A stretch of 64,000 nt of DNA from a virus (Duplodnaviria > Caudoviricetes): IMG/VR virus record IMGVR_UViG_3300046820_001270, positions 160,001 through 224,000 of that record. One strand, 5' to 3'. Under the pieces are notes generated by a model. The model searched no databases, was not told the origin of the DNA, and saw only the letters and a program-made list of their open reading frames with translations. The position numbers and the translations under genes are program-made. This document shows positions 18,527 to 29,752 of this stretch, piece after piece. The stretch's first letter is position 1. Each line of letters begins with the position of its first letter.

Positions 18527-19287
18527 TGAAACTTATCCAATTAATAGAAGAGTTTGATCCAAATTTAAAGAAAGATGACCCAAGTTATAAGAAACTTGTT
18601 AAAACTGTCAAATTTCTTGAAAAAAAGGAAAAAGTGTTGTTCATAACAACCTCAAATAGAGGTGAATGGGCGATGAAGGAACTCAAGGAGGAACCAAAGT
18701 CAACAAAATTGGCTAAGGCGGTTCAATCATACTTAGGTAAGTCAAAATGTACACTTTTCGAGACAATAAAATTACAAATACATCATTGTGAGGGTAATGT
18801 GTCCCATTTTGAGGGTAATTCATGTGGTGTTAAGAAGGCGTCCCTAAAAGATAAAGATAAGAACCCAACTGGTAATCATAGATGTTGGAGGAGTATTAAC
18901 AATCCCGATGATGAACTATGGAAAATCACCAAAGAACTCTTTGAATGTGATGCTGTGGTGTTTTTTGGGTCAATTAGATGGGGTCAAATGAATGCTCAAT
19001 ACCAAAATCTAATAGAAAGACTAACATTTTTACAGAATAGACACTCTACATTGAGTGAATCTAACATTTTAGGGGATATTTCATGTGGTATCATCGCCAC
19101 AGGTCAAAACTGGAACGGAAAAGAAGTGATCAACACCCAAAAACAAGTTCTTTCTTTTTTCGGATTTGATGTAAAGGATGAATTATCTTGGAATTGGCAA
19201 TTTACCGAGAATGTACTTGATGAAACATTAAAAAGTTATAAAGCGTCAGGTAAAAAATTTAACGATACTTTTGAATTAGATCAATAA
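18526..19287 (+). CDS. Flavodoxin-fold NAD(P)H-dependent FMN reductase/iron-sulfur flavoprotein-like protein
   Basis: CEGNVS..C...CW...DD...ECDAVVFFGSIRWG. Confidence 0.75.
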   Translation: MKLIQLIEEFDPNLKKDDPSYKKLVKTVKFLEKKEKVLFITTSNRGEWAMKELKEEPKSTKLAKAVQSYLGKSKCTLFETIKLQIHHCEGNVSHFEGNSCGVKKASLKDKDKNPTGNHRCWRSINNPDDELWKITKELFECDAVVFFGSIRWGQMNAQYQNLIERLTFLQNRHSTLSESNILGDISCGIIATGQNWNGKEVINTQKQVLSFFGFDVKDELSWNWQFTENVLDETLKSYKASGKKFNDTFELDQ

Positions 19288-19643
19288 TTCTTTTTCATCA
19301 CTCTTTTACCCTTTTTAGTAAGAAAAAACATCTCCTCGGTTGTCTCATCTTCATACGAGTCAACTAATCCTTTCTCTTTTAGTTCGTATAACACACTACC
19401 GGCAACGATTTCACGTAAAACAACGTCAAATTCCTCATCGTTAAAAACACCTAAAAATTCGTCCTCGTCATTTTCTAATTCACCCAATATAAACTTTTCG
19501 GTTAGTTTATCTAAAAGGTATTTCTCAGCAAACACAGTAGAATTAATCTCATAATCTTCAAAAAATTCACTTTCAGTCAAATCGGTAATGATTTCGTTAG
19601 TCATTTCGATTACAATAGGTTGGTATATCTTATTCATTATCAT
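19281..19643 (-). CDS. Acidic hypothetical protein (start revised from 19715)
   Basis: TATTTATA motif at 19658-19665 precedes ATG 19643. Confidence 0.65.
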   Translation of the reverse strand: MIMNKIYQPIVIEMTNEIITDLTESEFFEDYEINSTVFAEKYLLDKLTEKFILGELENDEDEFLGVFNDEEFDVVLREIVAGSVLYELKEKGLVDSYEDETTEEMFFLTKKGKRVMKKNY

Positions 19644-19750
19644 TAAAATTGTTCTATTATAAATAATAATCAAAAACCTTATAAAAAAGAAATTTGATGG
19701 ACTTTTGTTTTCCACATTTATTTGTTATATTATTAAAAAATTAATTATAC

Positions 19751-21004
19751 ATGAAGAAAGGTAAAATTTTTATCCAAATTGCGTCATATCGAGACCCACA
19801 ATTAGTTCCAACAATTAAAGACTGTATTGAAAAGGCAAAGAACCCTAAAAACTTAGTGTTTTCAATTGCTTGGCAACATTCAACTGAAGATGCTTGGGAT
19901 AATTTAGATGAATTTAAAGATGACAAAAGATTTAAAATTATTGACATTGATTATAAAGATGCCAAAGGTGCTTGTTGGGCGAGAAACCAATTACAACAAC
20001 AATATAACGATGAAGAGTACACATTACAATTAGATTCACATCATAGATTTTTAGAAAATTGGGATGCTGAGTTAATCACGATGTATAAAGGACTAGTAGA
20101 GAAGGGTCATGAAAAACCATTGTTAACAAGTTATATTTCATCATTTGATCCTGATAACGATCCTGCGGCAAGAGTACAAGTTCCTTGGAAAATGAACTTT
20201 GATAGATTTATTCCTGAAGGTGCAGTATTTTTCTTACCAGCAGGTATCGACAACTATAAAGAATTAAGTGAACCTATTCCTGCAAGATTTTACTCAGCAC
20301 ACTTTGCATTTGCTTCAGGTAGTTTTGTAAAAGAAGTTCCACACGATCCTGAATATTATTTTCACGGAGAAGAAATCTCAATTGCCGTTAGAGCGTACAC
20401 ATGGGGATATGATTTATTCCACCCACATAAGACTTTAATTTGGCACGAGTATACAAGAAAGAATAGAACTAAACAATGGGACGATGATAGAACTTGGGTT
20501 GACAAAAACAATGCATGTCATAAAAGAAACAGAAAATTATTCGAAATGGACGGTGAAGTAAAGGACATCGATTTCGGACCATATGATTTTGGTACAGTTA
20601 GAACATTGGAAGATTACGAAAGATATTCTGGTTTATCTTTTAAAAAGAGAGCAGTACAAAAATTCACATTAGATAATAATATTGCACCAAATCCGCCATT
20701 ATATGGCCAAGAATTCGAAGATTCATTTTTGAAGATATTTAAACATTGTATAGATGTACATAAAGGATCATTTAATAAAGAAGAGGATTACGATTTTTGG
20801 GCGGTTATTTTCGAAGACGACTCAAGTCAGCCTTTACATAGAAAAGATCTTGAACTAAATGAAATTAATTCGTTATTAAACAATAACGATCAATTTGTTA
20901 GAATTTGGAGAACATTTGATACTGAAACAAAACCAAGTAAATGGATTGTTTGGCCTCACTCAACAACTAACGGTTGGTTAAATAAAATTGAAGGTAGAAT
21001 ATAA
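19751..21004 (+). CDS. GlcNAc transferase-like glycosyltransferase (GT-A, Skp1 GlcNAcT-related)
   Basis: IFIQIASYRDP, GACWAR, LQLDSHHRF, YFHGEE. Confidence 0.85.
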   Translation: MKKGKIFIQIASYRDPQLVPTIKDCIEKAKNPKNLVFSIAWQHSTEDAWDNLDEFKDDKRFKIIDIDYKDAKGACWARNQLQQQYNDEEYTLQLDSHHRFLENWDAELITMYKGLVEKGHEKPLLTSYISSFDPDNDPAARVQVPWKMNFDRFIPEGAVFFLPAGIDNYKELSEPIPARFYSAHFAFASGSFVKEVPHDPEYYFHGEEISIAVRAYTWGYDLFHPHKTLIWHEYTRKNRTKQWDDDRTWVDKNNACHKRNRKLFEMDGEVKDIDFGPYDFGTVRTLEDYERYSGLSFKKRAVQKFTLDNNIAPNPPLYGQEFEDSFLKIFKHCIDVHKGSFNKEEDYDFWAVIFEDDSSQPLHRKDLELNEINSLLNNNDQFVRIWRTFDTETKPSKWIVWPHSTTNGWLNKIEGRI

Positions 21005-21016
21005 AATAAAAAAAAT

Positions 21017-21577
21017 ATGGATTTAACTTTAGAAAGAATGTATCACATTGGGAGACCTAGACCACCTAAAGGTCAGGGATTTGGTGGTATATATGAAAAT
21101 GGATATTATATTAATTATTTACATGGATTAGATTTTTTTTGTAGAAAACACATAAATAAAACGACTAAAATTTTAGAATTAGGTTGTTTTTATGGTGCTT
21201 CTTCGGAATTATTTAGTGAATATTCGGATTTTGTAACCAGCGTTGACTTGGAGTTACATAATGAAATGAAAGATGTTATTGAAAGAAAAAATGTTAAATT
21301 TATTCAATCAGATTCTATTGAATTTTTAAGTAAATTAGAGGTTGGTGAATATGACATCATTTATATTGATACAACACACGACTTCGGTCAAACCAAAAAA
21401 GAAATTTTATTATCTTATGAAAAATTATTAAACGGACAGTTTATTTCTGGACATGATTATAATTCTCCCGGTGTGTATAATGCGGTAATGGATGTTTTTG
21501 AATATCCTGATATTGAAATATACTTAGATAGTTCTTGGTTAATTAAGAAGACAGAAAATTTAGTGATAAAAAAGTAA
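21017..21577 (+). CDS. Class I SAM-dependent methyltransferase (Methyltransf_24-like)
   Basis: ILELGCFYGAS, DIIYID..H, GHDY. Confidence 0.85.
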   Translation: MDLTLERMYHIGRPRPPKGQGFGGIYENGYYINYLHGLDFFCRKHINKTTKILELGCFYGASSELFSEYSDFVTSVDLELHNEMKDVIERKNVKFIQSDSIEFLSKLEVGEYDIIYIDTTHDFGQTKKEILLSYEKLLNGQFISGHDYNSPGVYNAVMDVFEYPDIEIYLDSSWLIKKTENLVIKK

Positions 21578-21580
21578 AAA

Positions 21581-22399
21581 ATGAAAAAAGCATTATTAGG
21601 GTTATCAAATAATATTAGTCAACATAAAGAAAAAATAAAAATTTGGTCAGATAGTTTTAGAAAGTTTTCGGATGGAGAAGTAATTCTATTAGCTGCAAAT
21701 TCAAATGAAGAAGATATTAGGGTTTGTAATGAATTGAACATTAGACCCATTCCTGTAGTTGTTGAAGATACTTGGTATATTAATCATAAAAGATTGGAAC
21801 ATACCTATAATTTCTTAAAAGATACTGACATTGATTTGTTTATGATAACAGATGTGTTCGATGTGGTATTTCAGTCTGACCCATTTCAAAAATTTGATTT
21901 GGAAAACTATGACTTATTTATGGGCGCTGAAGGTATTTTAATGTCTGAAGAGCCTTGGAATAGTGATGTTATAAATAAAGTATTTCCAGGTGAAATAGAA
22001 TGTTGTAGAAACCACGAAATCATTTGTAGTGGAGTGATCGGCGGAAAGAAAGATCAATTGGTTTCATTATATAAACGTATGTACGATAAATGTGAATCTG
22101 GAACTAACAATCATAATATAAAGGATCAGGCAGCATTAATCATTATGATTGCTAAAAACGAAATTGATAAATTAAAGATTTTTAATTTAAATGATGCATG
22201 GGCGATGCATTGTTCTACCTCAGGACCAACACAATTCTTCGAATCGTGGGGACTTAGAAATAATATTGAAAGGAGGTATAATGTTCCTAAAATGATAGAC
22301 GGTAAAATTTACACAAACGATAATAAACTTTACGATATTGTACATCAATTCAATAGAGTACCGGAATGGAAAGATATTTTAACAGATGAGTTTAAATAA
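21581..22399 (+). CDS. Putative glycosyltransferase
   Basis: ITDVFDVVFQSDPF, CSGVIGG, IKDQA. Confidence 0.7.
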   Translation: MKKALLGLSNNISQHKEKIKIWSDSFRKFSDGEVILLAANSNEEDIRVCNELNIRPIPVVVEDTWYINHKRLEHTYNFLKDTDIDLFMITDVFDVVFQSDPFQKFDLENYDLFMGAEGILMSEEPWNSDVINKVFPGEIECCRNHEIICSGVIGGKKDQLVSLYKRMYDKCESGTNNHNIKDQAALIIMIAKNEIDKLKIFNLNDAWAMHCSTSGPTQFFESWGLRNNIERRYNVPKMIDGKIYTNDNKLYDIVHQFNRVPEWKDILTDEFK

Positions 22400-23147
22400 T
22401 GCATATTGTGTATGTACCGTACCGGGTACTTACCAATCATACGTAAGACATTGGGATTCATTTAAAGAAACCGGAAGAGAATTAACATTCGTATCGGATA
22501 TTAGTTCCGATGGATCTTTTGATGTTGGTTTTTTATATAATGAAACCAATATTAGAATGAGTCTTAATTTTTATAAAGATGTTGATAAAAGAAATTTTTG
22601 GAACTCGGTTGGTAATAGAAACATTATATGGTTTTATGCACATTTTAGAATGTTAAATTATTACATACATAATCCACATTACGATAACTATTGGTTTTTC
22701 GATGATGACGTTAGAATGGATGATTGGAACGCGTTTTTTAATGGTGTTGATAACGACGATTCAGATTTTATGTCTTACTTTTGTTTTAAAAATAAAAATG
22801 TAGAATCTCAGTTATCAATTCCAAAAATAGATAGTAATACACATTCTTGTGATGCGTGGTTTTTAAGATTTCCAGGTCCAGGTGATGTAGTACCTGAAGA
22901 TGTTAAAGAAATATTTGGATCATTTTTTCCCGTTGTAAAATATTCAAACAGAGCAATGAAAAAATTATTAGATTTAAATAACGAAGGATTAAGTGGATAC
23001 TCAGAAGGATTTGTACCTACAATGTTAAATAAACATGGAATGAAAATAAACACATTGATTAAATCAGATGACACGTCAGATTTTTTTGATGTTAACGAAG
23101 TTAATATTAAACATAAAAATATAAAAATAGAATGGTCATGGATATAA
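22386..23147 (+). CDS. Putative glycosyltransferase
   Basis: YWFFDDDV DxD motif; lies in a GT cluster. Confidence 0.55.
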   Translation: MSLNNAYCVCTVPGTYQSYVRHWDSFKETGRELTFVSDISSDGSFDVGFLYNETNIRMSLNFYKDVDKRNFWNSVGNRNIIWFYAHFRMLNYYIHNPHYDNYWFFDDDVRMDDWNAFFNGVDNDDSDFMSYFCFKNKNVESQLSIPKIDSNTHSCDAWFLRFPGPGDVVPEDVKEIFGSFFPVVKYSNRAMKKLLDLNNEGLSGYSEGFVPTMLNKHGMKINTLIKSDDTSDFFDVNEVNIKHKNIKIEWSWI

Positions 23148-23935
23148 AAAAACCAGTAATAGTAACAGCACTATATGATATCGGTAGAGATAAATGGGAA
23201 AAATTTACATCGTCTTATGGTGGTTATATTCATATGATGGAAAGAACATTATCAATTGATAATGAGATGGTTATCTATACACAAGAAAAATTTAAAGATG
23301 AGATCATTGAACTTAGAAAAAAGTATGATGTTAATTTAAATAAAACGGTTTTAATTATTCAAGAATTAGAAGAGTTGGATGCGTATAAATTGTATAATGA
23401 AAAATTAAACGATTTAATGTTCTCCGATGAATTTGTTAAGAAGGTTTCTTTTCCTGACGTTCCCGAAATGTGTAAACCATTATATAATGTAATCATGTTC
23501 AATAAAATGTTTTGGTTAAAAGATACAGTCGATAAAAAATATTTTGATGGGGATTTGATCATTTGGGCAGATGCGGGTGGTTTAAGAGAACCAATGGAAT
23601 TGTATAAAGGGAAGGTTTGGCCAAGTATTACTAAGATAAATGAAATTGAAGGAGAAAAAATTATTTTCTTTAGTCATCATGAAGATTTTAATGTTGACGA
23701 CAAAGAATTCTTATCATTATCTCAAATTAGAAATATACAAGGTACGGCTTTCTTTGTACCAACAAATATGGTGAATTATTTGACAGAAGAGTTTTGTAAA
23801 ACAATTGACGAATCTATTGATAACAAATATATTGGTAGTGATGAAAAAGTTTTTGACATTACTTATGTAAGAGATAAATCCAAATATCATTTGGTTAAAT
23901 GTACATGGAGAGAATACTTTAAAATATTTGAATAA
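23132..23935 (+). CDS. HtrL/YibB family protein
   Basis: IVTALYDIGR, YNVIMFNK, IWADAG. Confidence 0.75.
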   Translation: MVMDIKKPVIVTALYDIGRDKWEKFTSSYGGYIHMMERTLSIDNEMVIYTQEKFKDEIIELRKKYDVNLNKTVLIIQELEELDAYKLYNEKLNDLMFSDEFVKKVSFPDVPEMCKPLYNVIMFNKMFWLKDTVDKKYFDGDLIIWADAGGLREPMELYKGKVWPSITKINEIEGEKIIFFSHHEDFNVDDKEFLSLSQIRNIQGTAFFVPTNMVNYLTEEFCKTIDESIDNKYIGSDEKVFDITYVRDKSKYHLVKCTWREYFKIFE

Positions 23936-23938
23936 TAA

Positions 23939-23961
23939 AAAACCACCTATTTGGTGGTTTT
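23939..23961. terminator. Bidirectional terminator
   Basis: AAAACCACC-TATTT-GGTGGTTTT at a convergent junction. Confidence 0.7.
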
Positions 23962-24087
23962 CTTTTCTTCAGGTTTCTTTAAACCTTTCTTTAATTCTTC
24001 TTTTTTCTCACGAGCGATTTGTTCAAGTTTTTTATGTTGCTCGGAAATTCTTTTCTTTTCCTCTTCGGACATTCCAAATACTGACAT
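23947..24087 (-). CDS. Small charged protein (46 aa, MSVFGMSEEEKKRISEQH...) with a leader-like motif
   Basis: Not in the ORF track; ATG 2 nt after the stop of the upstream minus-strand gene. Confidence 0.6.
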   Translation of the reverse strand: MSVFGMSEEEKKRISEQHKKLEQIAREKKEELKKGLKKPEEKKTTK

Positions 24088-24089
24088 GA

Positions 24090-24410
24090 TTATATTGTTT
24101 TATTATCTATTATTTCAATTGCATCATCTTTTTTATGTTTTAACATTTCACATTTTTCATATTCTTCTCGGTCTTCAAAAATAAGAATTAAAGCATCCAA
24201 TATTTCAATGTAAAGTTGTAAATCATTATCATAAGATAAGATGGTACACGTATTATTATAATCATTTAATATCTCATTGTCAACTGCAACCATAAAATTC
24301 GATATCATCTCCAATTCATCTTCATCATAATTGTCGTTATGTAAGACTCTTGTTGATTGTAAAAGAAAGTTGGATGACATACTCATACTATTATCATAAA
24401 TATCACTCAT
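24090..24410 (-). CDS. Acidic protein with a UVR-like motif
   Basis: EDREEYEKCEMLKH. Confidence 0.6.
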   Translation of the reverse strand: MSDIYDNSMSMSSNFLLQSTRVLHNDNYDEDELEMISNFMVAVDNEILNDYNNTCTILSYDNDLQLYIEILDALILIFEDREEYEKCEMLKHKKDDAIEIIDNKTI

Positions 24411-24730
24411 ATAGTGTCTTTTAATTTTTTATCTAATATCCTGAAACATTCAATAAACCCGTCCGTTTCAGTTTCATCTCTGGTTGTTCTTGAATCTTGT
24501 GTTGGACCAAATACAATACCATTTTTAAGTGATATAGTAAAAACCCATTGATGTGGGGTATACATTTCAATGGTTAGGTACACACCTTCTTTATCAAAAA
24601 ATTGATATAATTTTTTTGAGTCGTATAACCCTAAAGTTGATAAACTAATAACCCCAACATTTGGGAACATAATATCCTTAAACCTTTGAAAGGCAATTGG
24701 ATATAGATATTCAATAACATACCAATCCAT
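24407..24730 (-). CDS. Hypothetical protein
   Basis: Coupled ORF. Confidence 0.65.
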   Translation of the reverse strand: MDWYVIEYLYPIAFQRFKDIMFPNVGVISLSTLGLYDSKKLYQFFDKEGVYLTIEMYTPHQWVFTISLKNGIVFGPTQDSRTTRDETETDGFIECFRILDKKLKDTI

Positions 24731-24826
24731 ATTATTAATAATAAGAAAAATATCTCTATTTTGTATCTATAAAAGGTATAATTTTTGATTTTGATTAAAA
24801 TCAATATAATTATGATTGTTTAGCCC

Positions 24827-25066
24827 ATGTACATAAGAGAATTTTATTATAATGACGACAATAGAATATTGTACGTTGAATTTTCAACCGATAATGACGG
24901 TGACGAGACATATCGTGTTTTAGAATTAACTATTGAGGACGTTATGTATTACTCTCCCAGTATTATTCATGAAAATGATATGTATAATATGGAGGAAAAT
25001 GATGTCATTGAATTAATTGACCAATATTCAACGGAAAATGATTTACCCGAAGAATCAATTTTGTAA
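24827..25066 (+). CDS. Acidic hypothetical protein
   Basis: ORF with normal composition. Confidence 0.65.
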   Translation: MYIREFYYNDDNRILYVEFSTDNDGDETYRVLELTIEDVMYYSPSIIHENDMYNMEENDVIELIDQYSTENDLPEESIL

Positions 25067-25078
25067 TATTTATAAAGT

Positions 25079-25447
25079 ATGAGTTTTTTAACAGACGAGA
25101 AAAAGGAAATATTAGACAAGTTTGTCCTATTTGTAAAGGAACAATTGGAACTTGAAACCGTTCCTACCATCAAGATCCAAAATCATAGAGATGGTCTAAA
25201 AACGACTGCAAACTACGATTACACCAAAGAAAACAAGATTATTAAGGTATGTGCTAAGAACCGAGCATTAGTTGATGTATGTAGAAGTATTGCTCACGAA
25301 ATGGTTCACCACAAACAATATGAACAAGGACGTTTAGAGAAAAGACCACCCGATATCGGTGGTGAGATCGAGGACGAAGCGAACGCTAAGGCCGGTCAGT
25401 ATATCAAAATGTACTCTAAAAAAGATCCTAATATCTACGAAGAATAG
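25079..25447 (+). CDS. Zincin-like (HExxH) protein
   Basis: AHEMVHH. Confidence 0.65.
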   Translation: MSFLTDEKKEILDKFVLFVKEQLELETVPTIKIQNHRDGLKTTANYDYTKENKIIKVCAKNRALVDVCRSIAHEMVHHKQYEQGRLEKRPPDIGGEIEDEANAKAGQYIKMYSKKDPNIYEE

Positions 25448-25532
25448 TTAAATCTTTATTTTTAACCCAAAAAAGGGTATTTTTCCCTATACCAATATCG
25501 TTTTCAAAAGTTTTATTGGATATTTATAAACT

Positions 25533-27677
25533 ATGAAGTTGGGCTTAACCGATAAACAATACAACAATTTATTAAATTTAATTTTAGAACAGGCGGAACC
25601 CCCTGCGTCAGAACCTGAAGCTGGTACATCAAGTAAACAGTCTGGAGGTCAAGGATATCCTCAAGTGGGTAAATGGGAAAGTGGTGTTACAAGAGGTCCC
25701 GGTAATCAAGTTGGGGTAACTAAATGGGCTGATGTGGTTGGAGCGAAATTGAATAGAGGTAAAGCTAATCCATTAAAAGAAATTAAGTATACAAAGAGAA
25801 GTCTTTTACGTTTAATGAGTGAACAGACACCTATATCCGATAAGGATACTCCGGGAGTTAAAGTGGGAGATGTAAACACGAGTGGGTTTTTGGGATCAGA
25901 ACAACCATCAGAACCCATTCCTGCAATACAAAAATATCCAAATCAGTGTCAATATTATGAGTATGGTAGATGTCCATTTGAGATGAAAAACAGGGAAGGG
26001 GAAATATATTTTTGGCATTATCATAGTGTTGCACCTGTTGGATTTTGGACTTACGTTGGTGAATTACACGGAGAGGTACCTGGTTTAGGGGATTATAAAC
26101 TTGGGAACTATAATTCAAATGATTTTGTCGGTAATAAAAAAGACATGATGGATTATTATGAAAATGAACTTGATTGGTGGTTGAAAGAAAATATGGATAC
26201 TACCTTAGAACAGTGGAAAAGATATCAAAATAGATTAAGTAAAAGTGGTAAAGAAGTTCCTAAAGGATTTGATCCTGATAGATATGACGAATATTTAGCT
26301 AAAATCGGCCCAATACAACAACAAATCGATACTATAGAAAAAAAACATAAATCTAATTGGAATCCATTAAAACCAAATTTTGGACCCGGAGGATATTGGG
26401 ACAAAAAAGACTTAAATGTTTTAAATAATCTTAAACAACAACTTACAAATATAACAAATGAATATTCCAATAATGAATTTAGTTATGGTATCACTAATGA
26501 AGAGTTAGAACAATATAATCAAAGGAAAAAAGAAATTACAGTTGAATATGAAAAAGAGGTTAATGAAATAAAGGGAAAATATGGATCATATGATCTTGAT
26601 CGTGCGGACAATACAAGAACATACAATCAAACCGCATATGCCGAACTTCCACCAGAAAATAATACACTAAAACAACAAAGAGATCAAGAATTATACCAAT
26701 TGCAACAAAAATATCAAAAAAATTTAATGGAACTTGATGTGGTATTTGGTAAAGATGACTTTGGTAAAGATGTTAGTATGTTTGGTCAATCATTTGATAA
26801 ATTTTGGGATAAATGGGGAGGGGCCATACAGACAGTAGGTAATATTGCAGTCATTGCACTTTCGGGTGGTATTGCGGGTATGGTTGAGGGGGTGGTAGGG
26901 GCCGTTGGGTTTACGTTCACCTCTGGAGTACTTAGAGCTATAGCACCTTATGCGGTGGATGCGACTTTTAATGCATTAGTCGGTACATATCAAGCTTCAA
27001 GAGGTAAAAATGAAAATGCGGTCATATCTTTTTTATGTGCAATGATACCGTTTATTTCATATGGAAGAAATGTTGGTAAGGTATCTATTGAAGTTGCTGA
27101 AGGGTTATCCAAAAAAGTTGCTGTAGGTAAATTTGACACTAAAGAAAGTATGGAAATTTTTATAAAGGCATTAACACCTGAAGAAAGATATATTTTTAGA
27201 GATGTTATGACATTACCAAAAGAATCAATTAAAGCTAATTTTGATAAGGCAGTTAAAGAACTTAGTAAAAAAATGGCAGGAAATGGTGTGAAGGTGGCTA
27301 AAGCGGGAACTGCAGTATGGTTACCTAAAATTTTGAAACAATTAGGATTTGAAGCCGTACCACCTACAGCGGCAATGATAACTAACGGGTTTTTAAAAGT
27401 GATTAAAGATAGTGGACATGCGTATACCCAAGATGAACTAATAAGAATTAAACAAACATTAAAGAATATAGAAAAGGAGGGGTTAGCTAAACAATTAATG
27501 ATTTTTGGTGAAGCTAGTAAAATATTAAAAGAGACAAAAGTATCATCTAAGAATAAACCCGATTTAGTGAACTTATTAGGGGCAATCCAAAGTAAACGTC
27601 AAAAAGAAATACCTGAACAAGAAGCTGAAAAGTTTTTTACTGAAATGACCGAAATAATGAAAAAAGGTAAAAATTAA
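25533..27677 (+). CDS. Large leader-bearing putative virion/ejection protein
   Basis: MKLGLTDKQYNNLLNLILEQ; Gly/Ala hydrophobic hairpin region ending CAMIPF. Confidence 0.65.
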   Translation: MKLGLTDKQYNNLLNLILEQAEPPASEPEAGTSSKQSGGQGYPQVGKWESGVTRGPGNQVGVTKWADVVGAKLNRGKANPLKEIKYTKRSLLRLMSEQTPISDKDTPGVKVGDVNTSGFLGSEQPSEPIPAIQKYPNQCQYYEYGRCPFEMKNREGEIYFWHYHSVAPVGFWTYVGELHGEVPGLGDYKLGNYNSNDFVGNKKDMMDYYENELDWWLKENMDTTLEQWKRYQNRLSKSGKEVPKGFDPDRYDEYLAKIGPIQQQIDTIEKKHKSNWNPLKPNFGPGGYWDKKDLNVLNNLKQQLTNITNEYSNNEFSYGITNEELEQYNQRKKEITVEYEKEVNEIKGKYGSYDLDRADNTRTYNQTAYAELPPENNTLKQQRDQELYQLQQKYQKNLMELDVVFGKDDFGKDVSMFGQSFDKFWDKWGGAIQTVGNIAVIALSGGIAGMVEGVVGAVGFTFTSGVLRAIAPYAVDATFNALVGTYQASRGKNENAVISFLCAMIPFISYGRNVGKVSIEVAEGLSKKVAVGKFDTKESMEIFIKALTPEERYIFRDVMTLPKESIKANFDKAVKELSKKMAGNGVKVAKAGTAVWLPKILKQLGFEAVPPTAAMITNGFLKVIKDSGHAYTQDELIRIKQTLKNIEKEGLAKQLMIFGEASKILKETKVSSKNKPDLVNLLGAIQSKRQKEIPEQEAEKFFTEMTEIMKKGKN

Positions 27678-27702
27678 TAAAATATAACAAATATTTATAT
27701 AA

Positions 27703-29751
27703 ATGAAGAATAGTAAAAATTTATTGACCGAGATATTAAGAGTACAAGAATTAATGGGGGTCAAACAACTAATAAGTGAAGAAGGAGGTAAATTTGATCC
27801 AGTGGTGGAATTTTTTAAATCTATGTTGAAAATATCGGCAAAGGATGTAAAATTCACAAAAATGTTTGATGAGGCTTTTGAACATATTAAATATAGAAAT
27901 TCTGAACTTTTTGAAAAACTTAAAAAATCATTGAACTCTACTGAAATTTCAGTTAATGGATTAAAAGGTTTAAGGAATTTATCATCTATTAAATCTTCTG
28001 AATTAAAGGCCATGTTAGAGGAATTACAAAGTGAGATGATTTCGTACGTTTTTACCAAATACACCGATGATTTTATTGAACTAGGTGATGATATAATTGA
28101 AGCTTCTCTTGTTGGTAAACCTCAGGCTAAAAGAGTATATGATTTTATGGTAGATTTGGCCGAAAAAGGTCAAGCAGAAGAATTACAGATTGCCATCCAA
28201 AAACAAAGAGGTAATTTCCCATCTTATGTTTTGGATCATATTCAAAATACTAAATTCATACAAAAGGCGGAAGATGCTGTTGTTGATACAATAGGTAAGA
28301 CAGGTGATGAAATTGTAGATGACGTTAGTGATGAGATGATTGATCAGATTATAGACGCTGGTGATAAATCTCTATCAAGGGTTAAAGAATTTTTTGGATC
28401 GGCTTGGGCTAAAATTGTATACGGTTGGGATAAAATAGGTGATTGGACATTATTATTAAGAAAATATAGTGGATTAAATGGTCCATTAGAAGGTGTTTTC
28501 ACTTCTTTTCCGTTTAAACAAGTTGCCAATGCACCTGGACTTTCTATCATAGCTAAAAAAATGCATCTTACTTATGATAAATTAATGGTAGACCCAATTC
28601 AAATTAAAAAAGATTTAGATGAAATTTTTAAAAGAATTTTAGTTAAACTTGAATCGGGAACGAACACTGACATTACAAATGAACAATTAGAATTAACAGC
28701 AAAATTTTCTCAATTTTTAGCAAAAAGAAATGAGTCACATAAAATAATTTTTGATGAATGGATGATTTTGTGGAAAGAAGATGATAGATTAAAAAGGTTA
28801 TTTAACCCAACACAAAAAAGACCAACAGGTCAATTAGATGCCAATAAAAACCCAATATTTTATGACGTTCCAGAACCTTTATATTTTAAAAATGGATGGA
28901 GTGATCCTAAGTTTATACAAATGATGGAAGCATTTGAAACTGCTAAAGGAAACAATGTTGGTGCAATAAAACAAACATATAATAAAATATATGGATCAAT
29001 ACAATTAGCAAAAAATTTAATAAAAATAATACCACATAGAAGACCTACAATAAAAAACTTTATGAATTATGGTGCAAATGTTTTGGAATTGATTCAAAGA
29101 TTAATAGGTGCATTAGTGGTTTATACTCCAAATACATATAAAGAAGTAGCACATAATGTTAGAGTTTTAGGTAAAGGTAGATGGTTTGGAGTTGGTCTTG
29201 GACAAAAAATAGTGATGTCAACTATAGATATACCATTAATATTAGCCTCTTATAGAACTATTGGTTCATTCATTCAGGATTATGTTAATAGTAGAAGATT
29301 AGCTCAAACAAAACCAGGACAACCATTACCTAAAGAGATGAAATGGTGGTTATTGAGTGATGAAGAATGGTCTATAATGACTAGTGGTCCAGATGGGGAT
29401 GCATTCAAGACAACTATATCATTTTTTGGTGAAAGTTTTAAAAAATTTAGTATAACAAACACAAAAGAATTAACAAATTCAGTTCTTCCATGGACAATAG
29501 CGGGGTGGGCGTATTTTGAAAAATTTAAAGGGGATTGGAAAGTAAGTGATTTCTACGATCAATTCAATTCTGTTGAGTCAAATAGTAAAGAAAATCTGAA
29601 CAAAGTAAATACAGAGGCAGTAAAAGATACAAATCTTAACAAAATAGTAAAAGATAATAATATACAAACATACGAAGAAACAAGTAATAAAATTGATACT
29701 GCACTTAAAACTAGACCTAAATTAGTGCCGACTGAAGAGGCAAATTATTAA
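27703..29751 (+). CDS. Large putative virion protein
   Basis: LLTEILRVQELMG...LISEE leader variant; follows TATTTATA. Confidence 0.65.
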   Translation: MKNSKNLLTEILRVQELMGVKQLISEEGGKFDPVVEFFKSMLKISAKDVKFTKMFDEAFEHIKYRNSELFEKLKKSLNSTEISVNGLKGLRNLSSIKSSELKAMLEELQSEMISYVFTKYTDDFIELGDDIIEASLVGKPQAKRVYDFMVDLAEKGQAEELQIAIQKQRGNFPSYVLDHIQNTKFIQKAEDAVVDTIGKTGDEIVDDVSDEMIDQIIDAGDKSLSRVKEFFGSAWAKIVYGWDKIGDWTLLLRKYSGLNGPLEGVFTSFPFKQVANAPGLSIIAKKMHLTYDKLMVDPIQIKKDLDEIFKRILVKLESGTNTDITNEQLELTAKFSQFLAKRNESHKIIFDEWMILWKEDDRLKRLFNPTQKRPTGQLDANKNPIFYDVPEPLYFKNGWSDPKFIQMMEAFETAKGNNVGAIKQTYNKIYGSIQLAKNLIKIIPHRRPTIKNFMNYGANVLELIQRLIGALVVYTPNTYKEVAHNVRVLGKGRWFGVGLGQKIVMSTIDIPLILASYRTIGSFIQDYVNSRRLAQTKPGQPLPKEMKWWLLSDEEWSIMTSGPDGDAFKTTISFFGESFKKFSITNTKELTNSVLPWTIAGWAYFEKFKGDWKVSDFYDQFNSVESNSKENLNKVNTEAVKDTNLNKIVKDNNIQTYEETSNKIDTALKTRPKLVPTEEANY

Positions 29752-29752
29752 T

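Noticed and set aside
23951-24184. 77-aa + strand ORF
   Set aside because: Antisense shadow of the 46-aa and 106-aa minus-strand genes
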